Assembly: GCA_964351665.1 (NCBI GenBank)
Contig: CAYGPO010000005.1
Span: 1-56,645, forward strand
Reading direction: 5' to 3'
Source of the DNA: an uncultured Gammaproteobacteria bacterium
GTDB taxonomy: Bacteria > Pseudomonadota > Gammaproteobacteria > Xanthomonadales > SZUA-38
Length of the DNA: 56,645 nucleotides
Shown: one piece after another, positions 47,983 through 56,645 of the stretch
Layout of the letters: every line of letters starts with the position of its first letter
Position numbering within the stretch: position 1 is the stretch's first letter
The notes under the pieces: model-generated
Databases searched by the model: none
What the model was told of the DNA's origin: nothing
What the model saw: only the letters and a program-made list of their open reading frames with translations
Made by a program: the position numbers and the translations under genes

Positions 47983-49749
47983 ATGTCTCAACTAAGCAAT
48001 TATCTCGACATCGCCCTGGTGGCGGGCACCATGTTGGTAGCCATCATACTGCTGGTATTTGTTGTCGCTCGCCTCTACACCCGCGCGTCCAAGGAAATCT
48101 CCTTTGTCCGCACCGGCGCCGGCGGCCAGAAGGTCATCATGAATGGTGGCGCCCTGGTGCTGCCGGTGTTTCACGAGGTGATACCGGTCAACATGAATAC
48201 CCTCAGACTGGACGTACTGCGGGCCAATGACCAGGCCCTGATCACCCGAGACCGTATGCGGGTAGACGTGGCTGCGGAATTCTACGTACGGGTTCAACCC
48301 ACCGCAGACGCCATAGCCAACGCCGCCCAGACCCTGGGTCAACGGACCATGCAACCCGACGCACTGAAACAACTGGTGGAAGGAAAGTTTGTCGACGCGC
48401 TGCGATCGGTGGCGGCGGAGATGGCGATGGAAGAACTGCATGAGCAGCGCACCGATTTTGTCCAGAAGGTGCAGCAGGTTGTGTCGGAAGATCTATTGAA
48501 AAACGGCCTGGAGCTGGAAACGGTATCCCTGACCGGCCTTGATCAGACCAGCAAAGAGTTCTTCAACCCGGACAACGCCTTTGACGCAGAAGGCCTGACC
48601 AAGCTCACCGAAGCCATTGAGATGCGGCGTAAAAAGCGCAACGACATTGAACAGGACACCCAGGTTCAAATTCGGCGCAAAAACCTCGAAGCGGCACAGC
48701 AGCAGCTGGAAATTGGCCGGGAAGAGGAATACGCGCGGCTGGCTCAGGAAAGAGAGGTGGAAGTCCGGCGCGCCAGCCAACAGGCGGAAATTGCCCTGGA
48801 AAGAGCGGCCAAACGCCAGCAGGCGGAAAGTGCTGACATTGTCTCCGCGCAGCAGGTAGAACAATCCCGAATTGAGTCGGACCGACATCTTGAACAGCTG
48901 CGTATCGCCAAAGAACAGGAAATTAGAGAACGGGATGTGGCCCGGGAAAAGGCGATCCAAACCGCCGATATCGAACGCCAAAGAGCTATCGAGCTATCAG
49001 AACAGGATCGGGAAATTGCCGTGGCAGAAAAATCGCGAGATCAGTCCCTGGCCCAGAAACTGGCTGACGAAGCTCGGGCAGAAGCGGTTCGAGCCGCTGA
49101 GCGGGTGGCCACGGTCAGATTGGTAGAGGTCGCGGAACGGGAAAAATCCATTGAACTTGTGGAAGCCAGCAAAGAGGCAGAACGCGAAAAAATTGACCTC
49201 ACCGTCAGGGCTCTGGCCGCCAGTGAGGCAGCTGAGGATGATGCCGCGGCAATCCGCACCCGGGCTCAGGCAGAAGCCGACCGCATCCGCATCGAAGCAA
49301 CAGCCGCGGCGGAATCAGAGCGCCTGCGCGCTGATGGCGCAGCGGAACGGTATCGGGTTGATGCCGAGGGCAAAAAGGCCATCAACGAATCGTCCAACGT
49401 GTTGTCTGCCGAGCAAATAGCTATGCAGGTGAAGCTCGCCATTATCGAGCAGCTGCCGGAGATCATTCGACAAAGCGTCAAACCGATGGAAAACATTGAT
49501 GGCATCAAGATCATTCAGGTAGCAGGATTGAACGGATCCGGGATCGCCGGGGATGTTGGCAGCTCGTCAGCCGATCATGGCACTGGCGCCGGAAGCCAGG
49601 CAGGTCTGGCTGACCAGGTGGTCAACAGCGCCCTGCGCTATCGAGCCCAGGCGCCGCTGATTGAGTCCATACTGGGTGAAGTAGGACTGTCCGGGGAGTC
49701 CCTGGAAGGCCTGGCCAAAATGGCCCAAAACCCACCGCCGGCCAGCTAA
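47983..49749 (+). CDS. yqiK: flotillin/SPFH-domain protein (YqiK-like)
   Basis: 588 aa with an N-terminal TM helix, an SPFH domain and a long E/A/R-rich coiled coil typical of flotillins. Confidence 0.85.
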   Translation: MSQLSNYLDIALVAGTMLVAIILLVFVVARLYTRASKEISFVRTGAGGQKVIMNGGALVLPVFHEVIPVNMNTLRLDVLRANDQALITRDRMRVDVAAEFYVRVQPTADAIANAAQTLGQRTMQPDALKQLVEGKFVDALRSVAAEMAMEELHEQRTDFVQKVQQVVSEDLLKNGLELETVSLTGLDQTSKEFFNPDNAFDAEGLTKLTEAIEMRRKKRNDIEQDTQVQIRRKNLEAAQQQLEIGREEEYARLAQEREVEVRRASQQAEIALERAAKRQQAESADIVSAQQVEQSRIESDRHLEQLRIAKEQEIRERDVAREKAIQTADIERQRAIELSEQDREIAVAEKSRDQSLAQKLADEARAEAVRAAERVATVRLVEVAEREKSIELVEASKEAEREKIDLTVRALAASEAAEDDAAAIRTRAQAEADRIRIEATAAAESERLRADGAAERYRVDAEGKKAINESSNVLSAEQIAMQVKLAIIEQLPEIIRQSVKPMENIDGIKIIQVAGLNGSGIAGDVGSSSADHGTGAGSQAGLADQVVNSALRYRAQAPLIESILGEVGLSGESLEGLAKMAQNPPPAS

Positions 49750-49778
49750 CGGCCCCGCCACAAAACCCATCCACGGAT

Positions 49779-49804
49779 GCGGCCCGGCACCAGCCGTCGG
49801 GCCG
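49779..49804 (+). terminator. GC hairpin after the flotillin gene (no T-run)
   Basis: gcggcccg-N10-cgggccgc, an 8-bp perfect stem. Confidence 0.3.
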
Positions 49805-49851
49805 CCTGATTGGGAACTGGACCCCTTCTGTGTTGCCTGCCAGACGGTACA

Positions 49852-50541
49852 ATGGCGTTTAAGTTGGACCCGGGGGTCACCGTGAATCATTATCAGGCCG
49901 CGTTTCTCGAACTGTGCATCGAGCTCGACATCCTTAAATTTGGCGAGTTCACCCTGAAATCAGGGCGTGAAAGCCCCTACTTTTTTAACGCTGGACTGTT
50001 TTATTCTGGCCTTTCTCTGGACGCCCTTGGCAATGCTTATGCCCATACCCTGGCAGACTCAGAGCTGGACTTTGATCTGTTATTTGGGCCAGCCTACAAG
50101 GGCATCACCTTAGCCTGCGCAACCGCCATCGCCTGCTCCCGGCATTTCGACAAAGACCTGCCCATTGCTTACGATCGAAAAGAGGCAAAAGACCACGGCG
50201 AAGGCGGCCAGATGGTTGGCGCACCGGTGCGGGGTAAGCGAGTGGTGATCATTGATGACGTGATCTCCTCGGGCACCTCCATCAGGCTGGCAGCTGAGCA
50301 GCTGGATGCCGCTGGCGCCACCTTAGTGGGCGTTGTGCTGGCCCTGGACCGGCAGGAGCGCGGCTTTACCGAAGAGTCAGCCAGCGCCGAGATTCAGCGC
50401 CGCTACAAAGTACCAGTGTTCAGCATCCTCAGCCTCGATACCCTGATCGAATACCTGTCCGAGGATCCAAACCATGAAAAACGGCGCAAACAAATAGTTC
50501 AATATCGGGCGCTGTACGGCACCAACGCCCAACCGCTGTAA
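49852..50541 (+). CDS. pyrE: orotate phosphoribosyltransferase
   Basis: LKFGEFTLKSGRESPYFFNAGLF and VIIDDVISSGTS (PRPP motif). GTG 49882 is an alternative start that would match the E. coli length. Confidence 0.92.
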   Translation: MAFKLDPGVTVNHYQAAFLELCIELDILKFGEFTLKSGRESPYFFNAGLFYSGLSLDALGNAYAHTLADSELDFDLLFGPAYKGITLACATAIACSRHFDKDLPIAYDRKEAKDHGEGGQMVGAPVRGKRVVIIDDVISSGTSIRLAAEQLDAAGATLVGVVLALDRQERGFTEESASAEIQRRYKVPVFSILSLDTLIEYLSEDPNHEKRRKQIVQYRALYGTNAQPL

Positions 50542-50733
50542 TCGGCCGTTTATCCCCTGGGGCGAACCCAACCCGCACATCCCGGTCCTATCAAGCAGCA
50601 GTAGTTGTGTCGTTATGGCACAAAAATTCACATTTATTAAGGGGCATCAGTGCCCTGCTCGCGGGTTTAGTTGCGGGCTAACGTGCATAATATTGGGTGT
50701 TGTCCCGGGACATTAAAATTGATGAGAGATTCC

Positions 50734-51375
50734 ATGAAATATCGCTTCCCCTCGCTGAAAACCCGATCACTGATGATCGTGGTCCTGGCTGCCTTTGTGC
50801 TAACACCGGCCAGCGCTCAAAAGCTATATAAGTGGGTCGACGCCGACGGAAACGTGTTCTACAGCGACCAGGTTCCTCCAGAGCAAGTCAAACGCGGACG
50901 CGAACAGCTTAATGACCAAGGCGTTGTTGTTGATCGCGTCGCCCGGGCCAAGACACCGCAGGAACTGGCCATTGAGGCTGAAAAGCTGGCCAAACAGCAA
51001 GCGATTGAAGAAGCGGAGGAAAAGCGGCTTAGGGAAGAACGACGAATGCTGCGCCAGTACGCCTCAGAGGAAGACATCATTGCCATGCGCGACCAGCGAA
51101 TCGACGCTATGAATCGTCAAATCAAGTCTGCCCAGACCATGATTGACAGCCATTCTGGCTCCCTTGCAGGCCTAACCAAACGGGCCTCAGAACAGGAGAG
51201 CCAGGGCATCGAGGTGGGCACCGACCTGGAAGAAACCATTGCGCTGCTGCAGGAACAAATTGCCCAGCAGGAATCAAAGATTGCGGAACGGGAGGCTGGA
51301 AAACTTGCTTTAGCCGCCGAATTTGAAGAAGAACTGGAGCAATTTAGAAAAGTTCAGCAGCGCCGGGGGCGCTAG
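50734..51375 (+). CDS. DUF4124-domain periplasmic coiled-coil protein
   Basis: Signal peptide followed by KLYKWVDADGNVFYSDQVPP (DUF4124 signature), then a coiled coil. I chose ATG 50734, which has a gagag SD. Confidence 0.75.
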   Translation: MKYRFPSLKTRSLMIVVLAAFVLTPASAQKLYKWVDADGNVFYSDQVPPEQVKRGREQLNDQGVVVDRVARAKTPQELAIEAEKLAKQQAIEEAEEKRLREERRMLRQYASEEDIIAMRDQRIDAMNRQIKSAQTMIDSHSGSLAGLTKRASEQESQGIEVGTDLEETIALLQEQIAQQESKIAEREAGKLALAAEFEEELEQFRKVQQRRGR

Positions 51376-51629
51376 CCCGCATATTCATGAAGGTCGGATG
51401 ACTGGCCTCAGCTGGCGAGTCCAGATTGGACCATCGGGGGAAAACCCATAGCCATAGCTATAGCCATCGCTATGGTTTTAGGCCGATGGTTCAAGATGGG
51501 CCGCCCGATGAGGCGAGACACCGACAGCGACACACCGTCAGCCACCGCCATTTAGGCTGATCACTCAAGGGCCTGAAAGCGCTGGGATTTGCCAGGTCAT
51601 CAGCGGCCTTGATGAATAATGCGGGCTAG
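51372..51629. repeat. ~258-bp intergenic element bounded by 22/23-nt imperfect inverted repeats (MITE/REP-like)
   Basis: The left arm is ctagcccgcatattcatgaagg (51372-51393). The reverse complement of the right arm is ctagcccgcattattcatcaagg (51607-51629). The interior has a hexamer-periodic run (ccatagc catagc tatagc catcgc tatgg) inside a hairpin, aaaacccatagc...gctatggtttt. Confidence 0.6.
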
Positions 51630-51646
51630 GAGTCTGCGCCGTTGGG

Positions 51647-54064
51647 TTAAAAAGGCAGATCCAGGTCGGGCTTGAGCTTGAGCAGCTGTTCCTTGAACGC
51701 GCCCTGTATTCTGGCAAGTCCTGGTTCGCTGACTGAATCAAATCGCATCACCAGACATGGCGTGGTGTTAGAACAGCGCACCAGTCCCCATCCATCATCA
51801 TAGTCAGCGCGTATGCCGTCGATGGTGGTCAGTCGAGCGCCCTCAAAGGTGGCCTGGGATGCAAAGGATTCCATAAACGCATAGTGCTCACCCTCTGGCA
51901 TCTCTACCTTGATTTCCGGGGTACTCACTGAGCTTGGCAAGGCTTCCAGCATGGCGTTGGCCCCATCCGGGTTTGCCGCCAGAATCTCCAGCAGGCGGGC
52001 ACAGGCATAAATCCCGTCATCAAACCCAAACCAGCGTTCCTTGAAGAAAAAGTGCCCGCTCATCTCGCCAGCAAGGGCTGCATTGGTTTCTTTCATCTTG
52101 CCTTTGATCAGTGAATGCCCGGTTTTCCACATGATGGGACTACCGCCGTGGGCCAAAATAACCTTAGCCAGATGGCCGGTGCATTTAACGTCGTAGATTA
52201 TAGCGGCGCCGGGATTGCGGGTCAGCACATCTTCGGCAAACAGCATCATGATGCGGTCCGGGAAGACCACTTCGCCCGCCCGGGTAACCACTCCCAGACG
52301 ATCGCCGTCGCCATCAAAAGCAACGCCCAGGTCCGCATCCAATTGCTTCACGGTCAAGATTAAATCCTTCAGATTTTTCATATCTGAGGGATCTGGGTGA
52401 TGGTTGGGGAATTCGCCGTCCACATCACAAAACAGCGGTATCACCTCGCAGCCGATCTCTTCCAGAACCCAAGGCGCCACTCGGCCTGGGATCCCGTTGC
52501 CACAGTCCACCACCACCTTCAGGGGCTCTTCCATCTGTACATCGGAGGCGATCCGTTCCACGTAGTCGTCCAGGATGTCCATCTCCTGCACGCCGCCTTC
52601 CCCGTCAGTGAAATCCTTCTCCACGATTCGCCGGTGCAAATCGGTAATGTCAGATCCCGACAGGGTATCGGTACCCAACATAACCTTGAAGCCGTTGTAG
52701 TCTGGGGGATTGTGGCTGCCTGTAACCATCACCCCGGAGCCGGTACCCAGGCTGTGAGTGGCGTAATACAGCACCCCCGTGGGCACAGCGCCAATGTCGA
52801 TCACATCGACCCCGGACTTCAGCAGACCGGCGATTAACGCTTCGGTAATTTCGGGCCCAGATAAGCGACCATCACGGGCCACCACAACCTGAGCCTGAGA
52901 ACGCGCCCTGGCTTCACTACCTATGGCCCGACCAATCAATGAGGCGAAGGCCGGTGTCAGGGTGTCGCCAATAACGCCGCGAATATCGTAGGCGCGGAAG
53001 ATGCTTGCTGGCGGGTAGTCAGCAGAGGCAGATGGCGACGCTGCTGGTTGCTTGCTGACGCTGGCAGCTGCAGCCGCGTCAGTTGGCTGCTGGGCAGAGC
53101 CCTGGGCGCTGTCCTCATCACCCTCGTCTTCCAGAACCACCGGCTCAAGGGCGCTGGCAGTGGCGGCGCTATTAAGCCCCAACAGAACGCGCTTTCGTTG
53201 TTTCAACGACCAAAGCAGAAGGGCAGCCGTCAGCAGGGCCGCGACTAAATTGACCAGCCAGCTGAACTGGTTTTGCAACGGCGCTTCCGGATAATGAAAA
53301 GCCAGCTTGAACTCACTGTTTCCCACGTCCACCAGCTGCAGGTATTCATTGGTGGTTTTTTGTCGGCCGCTGCTGGCAGCTATCAGGCCAGAACCCAGCT
53401 GGGAATAGACCCGAAGATCCAGGTAGCCGCCACCCACGGTGGCCGATTGCACCATCTCGATAATGCTGTCCATGGGATAACGCACCAGCAAAAATCCAAA
53501 CAGCCTTCTATCGCTATTGGAGACGCGCTGGGTGATGGGCGCCGCCCAGCTGTAATGAGAGTTTTCGGTTCGCAGCAGGCCGCCACCGGGGCCGGCGGGA
53601 ACGCCGGAGTCTTTGGATTTGAGCAGCAGATAAATCCCCGCCCAGCCCAGCCCAGGATGTGGCTCAGGCTGCAGGCCTTCAACCGCCGGCGAGAAAATCC
53701 GAACCCACTCAGCGCCTCCGAGGCGACCGCGCAGGTCTAACGCTGCACTGGCCATCAGTCCGCTGCCACCATCTTCCACCGCCAACAAGGCCTGCTCCGA
53801 CTCGGCAGCGAGCAAGATCTGGGATTCCTTTTCTCGAAAATCCCGCACCATGGTGGCACGAATAGCGTTTGCCTGGGCCTCAAGGCTTGCGCTTTCGCGC
53901 TCAAACCACAGATGGCTTCCTGCCTGGTATAGCCACCAGGCAGTGGCCGCAAACAGCAGTGTGAGAACCACAGGAAACATCAGCATTCGCCAATCCAGCG
54001 ATTGACTTTTGCTTCGCTCACGTTCTCGCTGTGCGCGCTCCAGCGCGGTAGGTTTACCCGCCAC
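51647..54064 (-). CDS. algC: phosphomannomutase/phosphoglucomutase with ~350-aa N-terminal two-TM extension
   Basis: The C-terminal ~455 aa are canonical AlgC (ASIFRAYDIRG..., TGSHNPPDYNG, DGDGDR). Residues 1-350 in the same ORF consist of TM1, a ~220-aa loop, TM2 and an acidic/Ala-rich linker. Confidence 0.88.
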   Translation of the reverse strand: MAGKPTALERAQRERERSKSQSLDWRMLMFPVVLTLLFAATAWWLYQAGSHLWFERESASLEAQANAIRATMVRDFREKESQILLAAESEQALLAVEDGGSGLMASAALDLRGRLGGAEWVRIFSPAVEGLQPEPHPGLGWAGIYLLLKSKDSGVPAGPGGGLLRTENSHYSWAAPITQRVSNSDRRLFGFLLVRYPMDSIIEMVQSATVGGGYLDLRVYSQLGSGLIAASSGRQKTTNEYLQLVDVGNSEFKLAFHYPEAPLQNQFSWLVNLVAALLTAALLLWSLKQRKRVLLGLNSAATASALEPVVLEDEGDEDSAQGSAQQPTDAAAAASVSKQPAASPSASADYPPASIFRAYDIRGVIGDTLTPAFASLIGRAIGSEARARSQAQVVVARDGRLSGPEITEALIAGLLKSGVDVIDIGAVPTGVLYYATHSLGTGSGVMVTGSHNPPDYNGFKVMLGTDTLSGSDITDLHRRIVEKDFTDGEGGVQEMDILDDYVERIASDVQMEEPLKVVVDCGNGIPGRVAPWVLEEIGCEVIPLFCDVDGEFPNHHPDPSDMKNLKDLILTVKQLDADLGVAFDGDGDRLGVVTRAGEVVFPDRIMMLFAEDVLTRNPGAAIIYDVKCTGHLAKVILAHGGSPIMWKTGHSLIKGKMKETNAALAGEMSGHFFFKERWFGFDDGIYACARLLEILAANPDGANAMLEALPSSVSTPEIKVEMPEGEHYAFMESFASQATFEGARLTTIDGIRADYDDGWGLVRCSNTTPCLVMRFDSVSEPGLARIQGAFKEQLLKLKPDLDLPF

Positions 54065-54113
54065 TGGGCACGCTTGTCGGGTGCTGTTTCAGCACAAAAC
54101 GTCTCCCACAGAC

Positions 54114-54581
54114 CTATCCCAGACCCGAGTGGCCAAAACCACCCGCGCCCCTCTGACTCGTCTGAAAATCGTCAACGATCTCAAACTGGACTCGTACAAC
54201 CGGCACAATGACCAGCTGTGCTATGCGTTCTCCCGGGTTAACGGTAAAGGTTTCTGTTGACCGATTCCAGCAGGAAATCATCAGCGGCCCCTGATAGTCA
54301 GAGTCAATCAGCCCCACCAGATTGCCCAGCACGATGCCATTTTTGTGTCCCAACCCTGACCGGGGCAGCAACACTGCCGCCAGCGAGGGGTCAGCCAAAT
54401 GCAGGGCAATACCGGTATTTAGCAATTCGGTTTGCCCCGGGTCAATGCTCAAGGGCTGATCGAGAACCACCCGCAGATCCATACCGGCAGAGCCGTCGGT
54501 GGCGTACTGGGGCAGCGCTATGGAGTCACCCACCCGCGGATCCAGAATTTTCACCTTTACAGAAATATCAGACATGCTCAC
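54114..54581 (-). CDS. dut: dUTP diphosphatase
   Basis: VKILDPRVG....[14 protein letters not shown] and GLIDSDYQG motifs. The start overlaps the coaBC stop by 4 nt. Confidence 0.95.
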   Translation of the reverse strand: MSMSDISVKVKILDPRVGDSIALPQYATDGSAGMDLRVVLDQPLSIDPGQTELLNTGIALHLADPSLAAVLLPRSGLGHKNGIVLGNLVGLIDSDYQGPLMISCWNRSTETFTVNPGERIAQLVIVPVVRVQFEIVDDFQTSQRGAGGFGHSGLG

Positions 54582-55801
54582 AGCCTGTCGGCTTTGTTCA
54601 TCTGGTCGGCAACATGCTCCAGCAACCGATGGGCCAGAGAAACCTTTGACTGTCTGGGTAGCTCTACCCGCGTGTCTGGGCCAAGCACGGTTAGGGCGTT
54701 GCAGTCGGCATCAAAACCGGAGTTTTTCTGCCCCACTCGATTGGCAGCGATCAGATCCACGCCCTTGTTTTTTAGCTTTTTCATGGCGAACGTTTCTACC
54801 TGGTCGGTCTCGGCGGCAAATCCCAGCGTGAAGGGGCCAGGCTCAAGGGCGGCCACTGCTGCCAGAATATCCGGATTCTGAGTCAATTCCAGGGATAAGT
54901 CCTGGCCGTCGCGCTTTTTTATTTTTGTCATCGCTTCGCTCTGCGGACGGTAGTCGGCGACGGCGGCGGCGGCGATGTATAAATCACAGCCAGATGACGC
55001 GTGTTCCAACACAGCCTGATGCATCTGCTGCGCTGAGCGTACATCCACCCGCTTGACCCCCGGCGGCGTCATCAGATTAACCGGACCGGCCACCATAGTC
55101 ACCTCTGCCCCGTGGGCCCGCGCCGCGCCCGCCAGAGCAAATCCCATGCGCCCGGAACTTCGGTTGCCCAGGAACCGGACCGGGTCCAGATCTTCGAAGG
55201 TGGGCCCCGCAGATACCAGCACTTTTGCGCCCATCAGTCTTGGCGACGGACAGTGAAACAGATGGGTCACACACTCAGCCAACTGATCGGGCTCCAGCAT
55301 TCGGCCAACGCCCTCATCGCCACAGGCTTGCTGGCCCTCTGCCGGACCCCAGATTTTTGCTCCACGAGCCGCCAGCACCTGGGTGTTTTCCTGGGTCGCC
55401 GAATTGGCCCACATCTGTTGGTTCATGGCCGGCGCTAAGGCCAGCGGAGCGCGGCTGGCCAGCACCGCGGTGGTCAGCAGATCATCTGCTACCCCAGCGC
55501 GCAGCCTGGCCAACAGGTCAGCCGTCGCCGGTGCAATCAACACAAGGTCAGCCCAGCGAGCCAGTTCAATGTGGCCCATGGCGGCTTCGGCAGCAGGATC
55601 AAGCATATTCATCGCAACGGGCAGTCCAGATACTGCCTGCAGACTCAGGGGCGTAACAAACTCTTTTGCTGCGGGAGTCAGCACAACGCGCACGGTGGCA
55701 CCGCGCTCAACAAGGCGTCTGACCAAATACGGAACCTTGTAGGCAGCGATGCCGGCGCTTACCCCAAGTAATATCCGGCGTCCTTCAAGCGCGGCTTCCA
55801 A
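54578..55801 (-). CDS. coaBC: bifunctional phosphopantothenoylcysteine decarboxylase / phosphopantothenate-cysteine ligase
   Basis: 407 aa with an N-terminal flavoprotein domain ([13 protein letters not shown]) and a C-terminal CoaB domain (ITAGPT-like [22 protein letters not shown]). Confidence 0.95.
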   Translation of the reverse strand: MEAALEGRRILLGVSAGIAAYKVPYLVRRLVERGATVRVVLTPAAKEFVTPLSLQAVSGLPVAMNMLDPAAEAAMGHIELARWADLVLIAPATADLLARLRAGVADDLLTTAVLASRAPLALAPAMNQQMWANSATQENTQVLAARGAKIWGPAEGQQACGDEGVGRMLEPDQLAECVTHLFHCPSPRLMGAKVLVSAGPTFEDLDPVRFLGNRSSGRMGFALAGAARAHGAEVTMVAGPVNLMTPPGVKRVDVRSAQQMHQAVLEHASSGCDLYIAAAAVADYRPQSEAMTKIKKRDGQDLSLELTQNPDILAAVAALEPGPFTLGFAAETDQVETFAMKKLKNKGVDLIAANRVGQKNSGFDADCNALTVLGPDTRVELPRQSKVSLAHRLLEHVADQMNKADRL

Positions 55802-55885
55802 TCGATCATCCCTGTTCGCAGATACTATATATTACAGGCAAACGGGCTGATTGTCCGTGTCAGCCCGGCGCCGACTCGGCTTACC

Positions 55886-56593
55886 ATGAGCGCCATGATG
55901 TCAGCCGCCGCCGAAGAAAAACCCCTGCTTCTCCCCGCCGCCGGTCCGGGCCTACTGATTCGCCTAAAACGGCATCTGTTGCAATACGGCCCCCAATCCC
56001 TCACCACCACCGAGCTGCTGGGCCTGCTGCTGGGCCCCGGCGGCAACCCCTGGGGCGTTGCGGCGGGCACCCTGGAGGCCCTGGGTGGACTGGAGGGGCT
56101 GAGCAAGGCCAGCGCCTGGCAGCTGCGGCGGCAGACGGGAATTGGCGATGGCCGGGCAACTCGGGTGCTGTGCGCCATGGAGCTGGCTGCCCGGCGTCAA
56201 AGGGATACGGTGGCGGCCGACCCCATTGCCAGCCCAGGGCATAGCCATCGATACTTTGCAGCCAGGCTGGCCAATTTCCGGCGAGAAAGCTTTGGCTGCC
56301 TGTATCTGGACACCCGGCACCGCCCCATCGATTTTCAGATCCTGTTCCAGGGCACCGTAGACAGCGCCGCAGTGTACCCCCGGGAAGTGCTCAGACATTG
56401 CCTGGAACGGGACGCCAGCGCTGTAGTGGTGGGTCATAACCATCCGTCGGGAGACCCCCATCCAAGTCACGCCGACATCACCATCACCACTCGACTAAAA
56501 GACGCACTCAGCCTGCTAGACATTCGGCTGCTGGATCATTTGATCATTGCCGGCTCAAGGGTGTATTCCTTCGCTGAGCATGGAAGGATCTAG
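55886..56593 (+). CDS. radC: RadC-family JAB-domain protein (UPF0758)
   Basis: 235 aa with an HhH-like N-region (LSTTELLGLLLG) and a JAMM-like motif (HNHPSGDPHPSHADI). It is divergent from coaBC, which is the usual arrangement. Confidence 0.88.
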   Translation: MSAMMSAAAEEKPLLLPAAGPGLLIRLKRHLLQYGPQSLTTTELLGLLLGPGGNPWGVAAGTLEALGGLEGLSKASAWQLRRQTGIGDGRATRVLCAMELAARRQRDTVAADPIASPGHSHRYFAARLANFRRESFGCLYLDTRHRPIDFQILFQGTVDSAAVYPREVLRHCLERDASAVVVGHNHPSGDPHPSHADITITTRLKDALSLLDIRLLDHLIIAGSRVYSFAEHGRI

Positions 56594-56623
56594 CCGTCTG
56601 TCTAGCCGTCTGTCTAGTGATAA
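56591..56623 (+). repeat. tandem 12-mer x2 (tagccgtctgtc) followed by tag-tga-taa
   Basis: Read directly. The repeat starts at the radC stop codon and gives five in-frame stops within 33 nt. Confidence 0.7.
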
Positions 56624-56645
56624 GGCGAGGATTCACCCGGGGGCC

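Noticed and set aside
50701-50712. Perfect 12-nt palindrome tgtcccgggaca, 22 nt upstream of the DUF4124 ATG.
   Set aside because: It is real in the sequence, but it is a single short GC-rich palindrome containing a SmaI-like cccggg core. There is no second copy or partner regulator in the window, so the support is too weak to call it an operator.

Overview
This is a GC-rich (roughly 58-60% by eye) chromosomal window from a gammaproteobacterium. It is densely coded and mostly housekeeping. The gene order resembles Pseudomonas/Cellvibrionales: groESL; cutA-dsbD-tlpA-like-aroQ-accB-accC-prmA-DUF3426-fis; aroK-aroB-SPOR protein-hemE; tesA/ybbA-ybbP; M23 peptidase-anmK/ampG-xthA; pyrE; radC/coaBC-dut-algC. 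I found no rRNA, tRNA, CRISPR array, transposase, integrase or obvious phage/defence gene.

Readable non-coding elements:
- A textbook CIRCE operator overlapping a sigma32-like promoter upstream of groES.
- A clear SAM-I (S-box) riboswitch upstream of metB.
- A ~258-bp element flanked by inverted repeats, with one arm also present at a second intergenic site.
- Several short tandem repeats.

Best candidates for poorly described biology:
1. A translationally coupled pair of paralogous membrane GTPases with DUF697-like C-termini (26140-28939). It lies downstream of an HD-GYP protein and a 1448-aa propeller-type hybrid histidine kinase.
2. A Tat-signal DUF1800/DUF1501 pair.
3. A short exosortase-family protein coupled to an SDR, with no visible substrate in the window.
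4. A DsbD with a duplicated catalytic N-terminal domain.
5. AlgC fused to a ~350-aa two-TM sensor-like N-terminal module.
6. An RHH-like gene coupled to an NfeD(YqiJ)/flotillin(YqiK) pair.

All family assignments come from reading motifs in the translations, not from database searches. Many long ORFs in the supplied track are shadow ORFs or N-terminal over-extensions, and I trimmed them.
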